DNA of 64,000 nucleotides, from NCBI GenBank assembly GCA_964016885.1, contig OZ024740.1:3596001-3660000 (forward strand), in the 5' to 3' direction. Each line of letters opens with the position of its first letter. The stretch's first letter is position 1. Below the pieces are notes generated by a model. That model was not told the DNA's origin and searched no databases. It was given only the letters and a program-made list of their open reading frames with translations. Below, one piece after another: positions 1 to 13,000 of the stretch. The position numbers and the translations under genes were made by a program. Origin of the DNA: Eledone cirrhosa (lineage: Eukaryota).

Positions 1-3000
1 CAGGACAGTCAGTGCTTTACAGGACAGTCAGTGGTTTACTGGACAGTCAGTAGTTTACAGGACTGTCAGTGGTTTACAGGACAGTCAGTGGTTTACTGGA
101 CAGTCAGTGGTTTACTGGACAGTCAGTGGTTTACATGAGAGTCAGTGGTTTACTGGACAGTCAGTGGTTTACAGGACAGTCAGTGGTTTACAGGAGAGTC
201 AGTGGTTTACTGGACAGTCAGTGGTTTACAGAACAGTCAGTGGTTTACAGGAGAGTCAGTGGTTTACAGGACTGTCAGTGGTTTACAGGACTGTCAGTGG
301 TTTACAGGACTGTCAGTGTTTTACAGGACAGTCAGTGGTTTACAGGACAGTCAGTGGTTTACTGGACAGACAGTGGTTTACAGGACTGTCAGTAGTTTAC
401 AGGACAGTCAGTGGTTTACAGGACTGTCAGTGGTTTACAGGACAGTCAGTGGTTTACAGGTCAGTCAGTGGTTTACAGGACTGTCAGTGGTTTACAGGAC
501 TGTCAGTGGTTTACAGGACAGTCAGTGGTTTACAGGACTGTCAGTGGTTTACAGGACAGTCAGTGGTTTACAGGACTGTCAGTGGTTTACAGGACAGTCA
601 GTGGTTTACTGGACAGTCAGTGGTTTACTGGACAGTCAGTGGTTTACTGGACTGTCAGTGGTTTACTGGACAGTTAGTGGTTTACTGGACAGTCAGTGGT
701 TTACAGGAATGTCAGTCGTTTACTGGACAGTCAGGGGTTTACTGGACAGTCAGTGGTTTACTGGACTGTCAGTGGTTTACTGGACAGTCAGTGGTTTACT
801 TGACTGTCAGTGGTTTACTGGACAGTCAGTGGTTTACTGGACAGTCAGTGGTTTACAGGAGAGTCAGTGGTTTACTGGACAGTCAGTGGTTTACTGGACT
901 GTCAGTGGTTTACTGGACAGTTAGTGGTTTACTGGACAGTCAGTGGTTTAGTGGACTGTTAGTTGTTTACTGGACTGTCAGTGGTTTACAGGACTGTCAG
1001 TGGTTTACTGGACAGTCAGTGGTTTACTGGACAGTCAGTGGTTTACAGGACTGTCAGTGGTTTACAGGACAGTCAGTGGTTTACAGGACTGTCAGTGGTT
1101 TACAGGACAGTCAGTGGTTTACTGGACAGTCAGTGGTTTACAGGACAGTCAGTGGTTTACTGGACAGTCAGTGGTTTACAGGACTGTCAGTGGTGTACTG
1201 GACAGTCAGTGCTTTACAGGACAGTCAGTGGTTTACTGGACAGTCAGTGGTTTACAGGACTGTCAGTGGTTAACAGGACAGTCAGTGGTTTACTGGACAG
1301 TCAGTGGTTTACAGGAGAGTCAGTGGTTTACAGGACACTCAGTGGTTTACTGGACAGTCAGTGGTTTACAGAACTGTCAGTGGTTTACAGGACAGTCAGT
1401 GGTTTACAGGACAGTCAGTGGTTTACTGGACAGTCAGTGGTTTACAGGACTGTCAGTAGTTTACAGGACAGTCAGTGGTTTACAGAACTGTCAGTGGTTT
1501 ACAGGACAGTCAGTGGTTTACTGGACAGTCAGTGGTTTACAGGACAGTCAGTTGTTTACAGGACTGTCAGTGGTTTACAGGACTGTCAGTGGTTTACAGG
1601 ACAGTCAGTGGTTTACAGGACTGTCAGTGGTTTACAGGACAGTCAGTGGTTTACAGCACTGTCAGTGGTTTACAGGACAGTCAGTGGTTTACTGGACAGT
1701 CAGTGATTTACTGGACAGTCAGTGGTTTACATGACTGTCAGTGGTTTACAGGACTGTCAGTGGTTTACTGGACTGTCAGTGGTTTACTGGACAGTCAGTG
1801 GTTTACTGGACAGTCAGTGGTTCACAGGAGAGTCAGTGGTTTACTGGACTGTCAGTGGTTTACAGGAGAGTCAGTGGTTTACTGGACAGTCAGTGGTTTA
1901 CTGGACTGTCAGTGGTTTACTGGACTGTCAGTGGTTTACTGGACAGTCAGTGGTTTACTGGACAGTCAGTGGTTTACAGGAGAGTCAGTGGTTTACTGGA
2001 CAGTCAGTGGTTTACTGGACAGTCAGTGGTTTACTGGACTGTCAGTGGTTTACTAGACAGTCAGTGGTTTACTGGACAGTCAGTGGTTTACAGGAGAGTC
2101 AGTGGTTTACTGGACAGTCAGTGGTTTACTGGACTGTCAGTGGTTTACTGGACCGTCAGTGGTTTACAGGACAGTCAGTGGTTTACAGGACAGTCAGTGG
2201 TTTACAGGACTGTCAGTGGTTTACAGGACAGTCAGTGGTTTACAGGACTGTCAGTGGTTTACAGGACAGTCAGTGGTTTACTGGACAGTCAGTGGTTTAC
2301 AGGACAGTCAGTGGTTTACTGGACAGTCAGTGGTTTACAGGACTCTCAGTGGTTTACTGGACAGTAAGTGCTTTACAGGACAGTCAGTGGTTTACTGGAC
2401 AGTCAGTAGTTTACAGGACTGTCAGTGGTTTACAGGACAGTCAGTGGTTTACTGGACAGTCAGTGGTTTACTGGACAGTCAGTGGTTTACAGGAGAGTCA
2501 GTGGTTTACTGGACAGTCAGTGGTTTACAGGACAGTCAGTGGTTTACAGGAGAGTCAGTGGTTTTACTGGACAGTCAGTGGTTTACAGGACTGTCAGTGG
2601 TTTACAGGACAGTCAGTGGTTTACGGGACAGTCAGTGGTTTACAGGACAGTCAGTGGTTTACAGGAGAGTCAGTGGTTTACAGGACTGTCAGTGGTTTAC
2701 AGGACTGTCAGTGGTTTACAGGACAGTCAGTGGTTTACAGGACTGTCAGTGGTTTACAGGACAGTCAGTGGTTTGCAGGACAGTCAGTGGTTTACTGGAC
2801 AGTCAGTGGTTTACAGGACTGTCAGTAGTTTACAGGACAGTCAGTGGTTTACAGGACTGTCAGTGGTTTACAGGACAGTCAGTGGTTTACAGGACTGTCA
2901 GTGGTTTACAGGACAGTCAGTGGTTTACTGGACAGTCAGTGGTTTACTGGACAGTCAGTGGTTTACATGACAGTCAGTGGTTTACAGGACTGTCAGTGGT

Positions 3001-3804
3001 TTACTGGACTATCAGTGGTTTACTGGACAGTCAGTGGTTTACTGGACAGTCAGTAGTTTACTGGAGAGTCAGTGGTTTACTGGACAGTCAGTGGTTTACA
3101 GGAGAGTCAGTGGTTTACTGGACAGTCAGTGGTTTACTGGACTGTCAGTGGTTTACTGGACTGTCAGTGGTTTACTGGACAGTCAGTGGTTTACTGGACA
3201 GTCAGTGGTTTACAGGAGAGTCAGTGGTTTACTGGACAGTCAGTGGTTTACTGGACAGTCAGTGGTTTACTGGACTGTCAGTGGTTTACTGGACAGTCAG
3301 TGGTCTACTGGACAGTCAGTGGTTTACAGGAGAGTCAGTGGTTTACTGGACAGTCAGTGGTTTACTGGACTGTCAGTGGTTTACTGGACAGTTAGTGGTT
3401 TACTGGACAGTCAGTGGTTTACAGGAATGTCAGTGGTTTACTGGACAGTCAGGGGTTTACTGGACAGTCAGTGGTTCACTGGTCTGTCAGTGGTTTACTG
3501 GACAGTCAGTAGTTTACAGGACTGTCAGTGGTTTACTGGACAGTCAGTGGTTTACAGGACAGTCAGGGGTTTACTGGACAGTCAGTGGTTTACTGGACAG
3601 TCAGTGGTTTACTGGACAGTCAGGGGTTTAATGGACTGTCAGTGGTTTACTGGACAGTCAGTGGTGTACTGGACTGTCAGTGGTCTACAGGACAGTCAGT
3701 GGTTTACAGGACTGTCAGTGGTTTATTGGACAATCAGTGGTTTACAGGACAGTCAGTGGTTTACAGGACTGTCAGTGGTCTACAGGACAGTCAGTGGTTT
3801 ACAG

Positions 3805-4030
3805 GATTGTCAGTGGGTTTAGTGGACAGTCAGTAGGTTTACAGGACAGTCAGTGGATATACGGAACAGTCAGTGTGTTTACAGGACAGCCAGTACATTA
3901 ACAGGACAGTCAGTGGGTTTAGTGGACAGACAGTGGGTTTACAGGACAGTTGGTGGGTTTTCTGGACAATCAGTGGGTTTACTGTACAGTCAGTGGGTTT
4001 ACAGAACAGTCAGTGGGTTTACAGGACATT
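3805..4030. repeat. Island of diverged 20-bp units inside the satellite (first copy; related copies at ~6000-6290, 13390-13490, 17285-17380, 20235-20290, 22650-22710, 25465-25525, 28475-28715)
   Basis: The period shifts to 20 (acaggacagt cagtgggttt). The marker cagccagtacattaac occurs at 3887, 6141, 17340, 20251, 22668, 25483 and 28668; the 13.4-kb island has 20-bp units but lacks this marker. Confidence 0.9.
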
Positions 4031-7000
4031 CAGTGGTTTACTGGACAGTCAGTGGTTTACTGGATAGTCAGTGGCTTACAGGACAGTCAGTGGTTTACTG
4101 GACAGTCAGTGGTTTACAGGATTGTCAGTGGTTTACAGGACTGTCAGTGGTTTACAGGACAATCAGGGGTTTACTGGACAGTCAGTGGTTTACAGGACAG
4201 TCAGTGGTTTACAGGACAGTCAGTGGTTTACAGGACTGTCAGTGGTTTACAGGACTGTAAGTGGTTACAGGACTGTCAGTGGTTTACAGGACAGTCAGGG
4301 GTTTACTGGACAGTCAGTGGTTTACTGGACTGTCAGTGGTTTACAGGACTGTCAGTGGTTTACTGGACAGTCAGTGGTATACAGGACTGCCAGTGGTTTA
4401 CAGGACTGTCAGTGGTTTACTGGACAGTCAGTGGTTTACAGGACAGTCAGTGGTTTACAGGACTGTCAGTGGTTTACAGGACTGTCAGTGATTTACAGGA
4501 CAGTCAGTGGTTTACAGGACGGTCAGTGGTTTACAGGACTGTCAGTGGTTTACAGGACAGTCAGTGGTTTACTGGACAGTCAGTGGTTTACTGGACAGTC
4601 AGTGGTTTACAGGACTGTCAGTGGTTTACAGGACTGTCAGTGGTTTACAGGACTGTCAGTGGTTTACTGGACAGTCAGTGCTTTACTGGACAGTCAGTGG
4701 TTTACTGGACTGTCAGTGGTTTACAGGACTGTCAGTGGTTTACTGGATAGTCAGTGGTTTGCTGGACAGTCAGTGGTTTACTGGACAGTCAGTGGTTTAC
4801 TGGACTGTCAGTGGTTTACAGGACAATCAGGGGTTTACTGGACAGTCAGTGGTTTACAGGATTGTCAGTGGTTTACAGGACAGTCAGTGGTTTACAGGAC
4901 TGTCAGTGGTTTACAGGACTGTAAGTGGTTACAGGACTGTCAGTGGTTTACAGGACAGTCAGGGGTTTACTGGACAGTCAGTGGTTTACTGGACTGTCAG
5001 TGGTTTACAGCACTGTCTGTGGTTTACTGGACAGTCAGTGGTATACAGGACTGCCAGTGGTTTACAGGACTGTCAGTGGTTTACTGGACAGTCAGTGGTT
5101 TACAGGACAGTCAGTGGTTTACAGGACTGTCAGTGGTTTACAGGACTGTCAGTGATTTACAGGACAGTCAGTGGTTTACAGGACGTTCAGTGGTTTACAG
5201 GACTGTCAGTGGTTTACAGGACAGTCAGTGGTTTACTGGACAGTCAGTGGTTTACTGGACAGTCAGTGGTTTACAGGACTGTCAGTGGTTTACAGGACTG
5301 TCAGTGGTTTACAGGACTGTCAGTGGTTTACTGGACAGTCAGTGCTTTACTGGACAGTCAGTGGTTTACTGGACTGTCAGTGGTTTACAGGACTGTCAGT
5401 GGTTTACTGGATAGTCAGTGGTTTGCTGGACAGTCAGTGGTTTACTGGACAGTCAGTGGTTTACTGGACTGTCAGTGGTTTACAGGACAGTCAGTGGTTT
5501 ACTGGACAGTCAGTGGTTTACTGGACTGTCAGTGGTTTACAGGACTGTCAGTGATTTACTGGACAGTCAGTGGTTTGCTGGACAGTCAGTGGTTTACTGG
5601 ACAGTCAGTGGTTTACAGGACTGTCAGTGGTTTACTGGACAGTCAGGGGTTTACAGGACTGTCAGTGGTTTACTGGACAGTCAGTGGTTTACTGGACAGT
5701 CAGTGGTTTACAGGACAGTCAGTGGTTTACTGGACAGTCAGTGGTTTACTGGACTGTCAGTGGTTTACTGGACATTCAGGGGTTTACAGGACTGTCAGTG
5801 GTTTACAGGATAGTCAGTGGTTTACTGGACAGTCAGTGGTTTACTGGACAGTCAGTGGTTTACAGGACAGTCAGTGGTTTACAGGACAGTCAGTGGTTTA
5901 CTGGACAGTCAGTGGTTTACAGAACAGTCAGTGGTTTACAGGACAGTCAGTGGTTTACAGGACAGTCAGTGTTTTACTGGACAGTCAGTGGTTTACTGGA
6001 CAGTCAGTGGGTTTACAGGACAATCAGTGGGTTTACAGGATCGTCAGTGGGTTTAGTGGACAGTCAGTAGGTTTACAGGACAGTCAGAGGATATAGAGAA
6101 CAGTCAGTGTGTTTACAGTACAGTCAGTGTGTTTACAGGACAGCCAGTACATTAACAGGACAGTCAGTGGGTTTAGTGGACAGTCAGTGGGTTTACAGGA
6201 CAGTTGGTGGGTTTTCTGGACAATCAGTGGGTTTACTGTATACTCAGTGGGTTTACAGGACAGTCAGTGGTTTTACAGGACATTCAGTGGTTTACTGGAC
6301 AGTCAGTGGTTTACTGGATAGTCAGTGGTTTACAGGACAGTCAGTGGTTTACTGGACAGTCAGTGGTTTACAGGACAGTCAGGGGTTTACTGGACAGTCA
6401 GTGGTTTACAGGATTGTCAGTGGTTTACAGGACTGTCAGTGGTTTACAGGACAATCAGGGGTTTACTGGACAGTCAGTGGTCTACAGGATTGTATGTGGT
6501 TTACAGGACAGTCAGTGGTTTACAGGACTGTCAGTTGTTTACAGGACTGTCAGTGGTTTACAGGACTGTCAGTGGTTTACAGGACAGTCAGTGGTATACA
6601 GGACTGTCAGTGGTTTACTGGACAGTCAGTGGTTTACAGGATTGTCAGTGGTTTACAGGACAGTCAGTGGTTTACTGGACAGTCAGTGGTTTACTGGACA
6701 GTCAGTGGTTTACAGGACTGTCAGTGGTTTACTGGACAGTCAGTGGTATACAGGACTGTCAGTGCTTTACAGGACTGTCAGTGGTTTACTGGACAGTCAG
6801 TGGTTTACTGGACAGTCAGTGGTTTACTGGACTGTTAATGGTTTACAGGACTGTCAGTGGTTTACAGGCTAGTCAGTGGTTTACAGGACAGTCAGTGGTT
6901 TACAGGACTGTCAAAGGTTTACAGGACAGTCAGTGGTTTACTGGACAGTCAGTGGTTTACTGGACTGTCAGTGGTTTACAGGACTGTCAGTGGTTTACTG

Positions 7001-10000
7001 GACAGTCAGTGGTTTGCTGGACAGTCAGTGGTTTACTGGACAGTCAGTGATTTACAGGACTGTCAGTGGTTTACTGGACAGTCAGGGGTTTACTGGACTG
7101 TCAGTGGTTTACTGGACAGTCAGTGGTTTACTAGACAGTCAGTGGTTTACTGGACAGTCAGTGGTTTACTGGACAGTCAGTGGTTTATAGGACAATCAGT
7201 GGTTTACTTGACAGTCAGTGGTTTACTGGACAGTCAGTGGTTTAAAGGACAGTCAGTGGTTTACTGAACAGTCAGAAGTTTACTGGACTGTCAGTGGTTT
7301 ACTGGACATTCAGGTGTTTCCAGGACTGTCAGTGGTTTACAGGATAGTCAGTGGTTTACTGGACAGTCAGTGGTTTACTGGACAGTCAGAGGTTTACAGG
7401 ACAGTCAGTGGTTTACAGGACAGTCAGTGGTTTACTGGACAGTCAGTGGTTTACAGGACAGTCAGTGTTTTACTGGACAGTCAGTGGTTTACTGGACAGT
7501 TAGTAGTTTACAGGACTGTCAGTGGTTTACTGGACAGTCAGTGGTTTAGTGGACAGTCAGTGGTTTACTGGACAGTCAGTGGTTTACAGGACTGTCAGTG
7601 GTTTACGTGACAGTCAGTGGTTTACTGGACAGTCAGTGGTTTACTGGACAGTCAGTGGTTTACTGGACAGTCAGTGGTTTACAGGACTGTCAGTGGTTTA
7701 CTGGACAGTCAGGGGTTTACTGCACTGTCCGTGGTTTACTGGACAGTCAGTGGTTTACAGGACAGTCAGTGGTTTACTGGACAGTCAGTGGTTTATAGGA
7801 CAGTCAGTGGTATACAGGACTGTCGGTGGTTTACAGGACTGTCAGTGGTTTACTGGACAGTCAGTGGTTTACTGGCCAGTCAGTGGTTTACTGGACTGTC
7901 AGTGGTTTACTGGACAGTCAGGGGTTTACTGCACTGTCCGTGGTTTACTGGACAGTCAGTGGTTTACATGACTGTCTGTGGTTTACTGGACAGTCAGTGG
8001 TTTATAGGACAGTCAGTGGTATACAGGACTGTCGGTGGTTTACAGGACTGTCAGTGGTTTACTGGACAGTCAGTGGTTTACTGGCCAGTCAGTGGTTTAC
8101 AGGACAGTCAGTGGTATACAGGACTGTCAGTGGTTTACAGGACTGTCAGTGGTTTACTGGACAGTCAGTGGTTTACTGGACAGTCAGTGGTTTACAGGAC
8201 TGTCAGTGGTTTACAGGACTGTCAGTGGTTTACTGGACAGTCAGTGGTTTACTGGACAGTCAGTGGTTTACTGGACAGTCAGTGGTTTACAGGACTGTCA
8301 GTGGTTTACTGGACAGTCAGGGGTTTACTGCACTGTCCGTGGTTTACTGGACAGTCAGTGGTTTACATGACTGTCTGTGGTTTACTGGACAGTCAGTGGT
8401 TTATAGGACAGTCAGTGGTATACAGGACTGTCGGTGGTTTACAGGACTGTCAGTGGTTTACTGGACAGTCAGTGGTTTACTGGCCAGTCAGTGGTTTACA
8501 GGACAGTCAGTGGTATACAGGACTGTCAGTGGTTTACAGGACTGTCAGTGGTTTACTGGACAGTCAGTGGTTTACTGGGCAGTCAGTGGTTTACTGGACA
8601 GTCAGTGGTTTACTGGACAGTCAGTGGTTTACAGGACAGTCAGTGGTTTACAGGACAGTCAGTGGTTTACTGGACAGTCAGTGGTTTACTGGACTGTCAG
8701 TGGTTTACAGGACTGTCAGTGGTTTACTGGACAGTCAGGGGTTTACTGTACTGTCAGTGGTTTACTGGACAGTCAGTGGTTTATAGGACAGTCAGTGGTA
8801 TACAGGACTGTCAGTGGTTTACAGGACTGTCAGTGGTTTACTGGACAGTCAGTGGTTTACTGGACAGTCAGTGGTTTACAGGACAGTCAGTGGTATACAG
8901 GACTGTCAGTGGTTTACAGGACTGTCAGTGGTTTACTGAACAGTCAGTGGTTTACTGGACAGTCAGTGGTTTACTGGACTGTTAGTGGTTTACAGGACTG
9001 TCAGTGGTTTACAGGACGGTCAGTGGTTTACAGGACAGTCAGTGGTTTACAGGACAGTCAGTCGTTCACAGGACTGTCAGTGGTTTACAGGACAGTCAGT
9101 GGTTTACTGGACAGTCAGTGGTTTACTGGACACACAGTGGTTTACAGGACTGTCAGTGGTTTACTGGACAGTCAGTGGTTTACTGGACTGTCAGTGGTTT
9201 ACAGGACTGTCAGTGGTTTACTGGACAGTCAGTGGTTTGCTGGACAGTCAGTGGTTTACTGGACAGTCAGTGGTTTACAGGACTGTCAGTGGTTTACAGG
9301 ACTGTCAGTTGTATACTGGACAGTCAGAGGTTTACTGGACAGTCAGTGGTTTACTGGACTTCAGTGGTTTACAGGACTGTCAGTGGTTTACTGGACAGTC
9401 AGGGGTTTACTGGACTGTCAGTGGTTTACTGGACAGTCAGTGGTTTACAGGACAGACAGTGGTTTACTGGAAAGTCAGTGGTTTACTGGACTGTCAGTGG
9501 TTTACTGGACATTCAGGGGTTTACAGGACTGTCAGTGGTTTACAGGATAGTCAGTGGTTTACTGGACAGTCAGTGGTTTACAGGACAGTCAGTGGTTTAC
9601 AGGACAGTCAGTGGTTTACAGGACAGTCAGTGGTTTACAGGACAGTCAGTGGTTTACAGGACAGTCAGTGTTTTACTGGACAGTCAGTGGTTTACTGGAG
9701 AGTTAGTTGTTTACAGGACTGTCAGTGGTTTACTGGACAGTCAGTGGTTTACAGGACTGTCAGTGGTTTACTGGACAGTCAGTGGTTTACTGGACAGTCA
9801 GTGGTTTACTGGACAGTCAGTGGTTTACAGGACTGTCAGTGGTTTACAGGACAGTCAGGGGTTTACCGGACAGTCAGTGGTTTACTGGACAGTCAGTGGT
9901 TTACAGGACTGTCAGTGGTTTACTGGACAGTCAGTGGTTTACTGGACAGTCAGTGGTTTAGTGGACAGTCAGTGGTTTACAGGACTGTCAGTGGTTTACA

Positions 10001-13000
10001 GGATTGTCAGTGGTTTACAGGACAGTCAGTGGTTTACTGAACAGTCAGTGGTTTACTGGACAGTCAGTGGTTTACTGGACAGTCAGTGGTTTACTGGACA
10101 GTCAGTGGTTTACTGGACAGTCAGTGGTTTACTGGACAGTTAGTGGTTTACAGGACTGTCAGTGGTTTACTGGACAGTCAGTGGTTTACAGGACTGTCAG
10201 TGATTTACAGGACTGTCAGTGGTTTACTGGACAGTCAGTGGTTTACTGGACAGTCAGTGGTTTACTGGACAGTCAGTGGTTTACAGGACAGTCAGTGGTT
10301 TACTGGACAGTCAGTGGTTTACTGGACTGTCAGTGGTATACAGGACTGTCACTGGTTTACTGGACAGTCAGTGGTTTACTGGACAGTCAGTGGTTTACTG
10401 GACAGTCAGTGGTTTACTGGACAGTCAGTGGTTTACAGGACTGTCAGTGGTTTACAGGACTGTCAGAGGTTTACTGGACAGTCAGGGGTTTACTGGACAG
10501 TCAGTGGTTTACTGGACTGTCAGTGGTTTACTGGACAGTCAGGGGTTTACTGGACTGTCAGTGGTTTACTGGACAGTCAGGCGTTTACTGGACAGTCAGT
10601 GGTTTACAGGACTGTCAGTGGTTTACAGGACTGTTAGTGGTTTACTGGAGTGTCATTGGTTTACAGGACTGTCAGTGGTTTACAGGACTGTCAGTGGTTT
10701 ACAGGACTGTCAGTGGTATACTGCACAGTCTGAGGTTTACTGGACAGTCTGTGGTTTACTGGACTTCAGTGGTTTACAGGACTGTCAGTGGTTTACTGGA
10801 CAGTCAGTTGTTTACTGGACATTCAGTGGTTTACTGGACAGTCAGTGGTTTACAGGACAGTCAGTGATTTACTTGACAGTCAGTGGTTTACTGGACAGTC
10901 AGTGGTTTACAGGACAGACAGTGGTTTACTGGACATTCAGTGGTTTACTGGACTGTCAGTGGATTACTGGACATTCAGGGGTGTACAGGACTGTCAGTGG
11001 TTTACAGGATAGTCAGTGGTTTACTGGACACTCAGTGGTTTACTGGACAGTCAGTGGTTTACAGGACAGTCAGTGGTTTACAGGATAGTCAGTGGTTTAC
11101 TGGACAGTCAGTGGTTTACAGGACAGTCAGTGGTTTACAGGACAGTCAGTGTTTTACTGGACAGTCAGTGGTTTACTGGACAGTTAGTGGTTTACAGGAC
11201 TGTCAGTGGTTTACTGGACAGTCAGTGGTTTACAGGACTGTCAGTGGTTTACTGGACAGTCAGTGGTTTACTGGAAGTCAGTAGTTTACTGGACAGTCAG
11301 TGGTTTACAGGACTGTCAGTGGTTTACAGGACAGTCAGGGGCTTACTGGACAGTCAGTGGTTTACTGGACAGTCAGTGGTTTACAGGACTGTCAGTGGTT
11401 TACTGGACAGTCAGTGGTTTACAGGACTGTCAGTGGTTTACAGGACTGTCAGTGGTTTACAGGACTGTCAGTGGTTTACTGGACAGTCAGTGGTTTACTG
11501 GACAGTCAGTGGTTTACTGGACAGTCAATGGTTTACTGGACAGTCAGTGGTTTACAGGACTGTCAGTGGTTTACAGGACTGTCAGTGGTTTACAGGACAG
11601 TCAGTGGTTTACAGGACAGTCAGTGGTTTACAGGACAGTCAGTAGTTTACAGGACAGCCAGTGGTTTACTGGACAGTCAGTGGATTACAGGACAGTCAGT
11701 GGTTTACTGGACAGTCAGTGGTTTACTGGACAGTCAGTGGTTTACAGGACAGTCAGTGGTTTACAGGACAGTCAGTAGTTTACTGGACAGTCAGTGGTTT
11801 ACTGGACAGTCAGTGGTTTACAGGACTGTCAGTGGTTTACAGGACTGTCAGTGGTTTACTGGACAGTCAGTGGTTTACAGGACTGTCACTGGTTTACTGG
11901 ACAGTCAGTGGTTTACAGGACTGTCAGTGGTTTACAGGACAGTCAGGGGTTTACTGGACAATCAGTGGTTTACTGGACAGTCAGTGGTTTACAGGACTGT
12001 CAGTGGTTTACTGGAGAGTCAGTGGTTTACTGGACAGTCAGTGGTTTAGTGGACAGTCAATGGTTTACTGGACTGTCAGTGGTTTACAGGATTGTCAGTG
12101 GTTTACAGGAAAGTCAGTGGTTTACTGGACAGTCAGTGGTTTACTGGACAGTCAGTGGTTTACTGGACAGTCAGTGGTTTACTGGACAGTTAGTGGTTTA
12201 CAGGACTGTCAGTGGTTTACTGGACAGTCAGTGATTTACAGGACTGTCAGTGGTTTACTGGACAGTCAGTGGTTTACTGGACAGTCAGTGGCTTACTGGA
12301 CAGTCAGTGGTTTACAGGACAGTCAGTGGTTTACTGGACAGTCAGTGGTTTACTGGACTGTCAGTGGTATACAGGACTGTCAGTGGTTTACTGGACAGTC
12401 AGTGGTTTACTGGACAGTCAGTGGTTTACTGGACAGTCAGTGGTTTACTGGACAGGCAGTGGTTTACAGGACTGTCAGTGGTTTACAGGATTGTCAGAGG
12501 TTTACTGGACAGTCAGGGGTTTACTGGACAGTCAGTGGTTTACTGGACTGTCAGTGGTTTACTGGACAGTCAGGGGTTTACTGGACTGTCAGTGGTTTAC
12601 TGGACATTCAGGGGTTTACTGGACAGTCAGTGGTTTACAGGACTGTCAGTGGTTTACAGGACTGTTAGTGGTTTACTGGACTGTCAGTGGTTTACTGGAC
12701 AGGCAGGGGTTTACTGGATAGTCAGTGGTTTACTGGACTGTCATTGGTTTACAGGACTGTCAGTGGTTTACAGTACTGTCAGTGGTTTACAGGACAGTCA
12801 GTGGTTTACAGGACAGTCAGTGGTTTACAGGACAGTCAGTGGTTTACAGGACAGTCAGTAGTTTACAGGACAGTCAGTGGTTTACTGGACAGTCAGTGGA
12901 TTACAGGACAGTCAGTGGTTTACTGGACAGTCAGTGGTTTACTGGACAGTCAGTGGTTTACAGGACAGTCAGTGGTTTACAGGACATTCAGTAGTTTCCT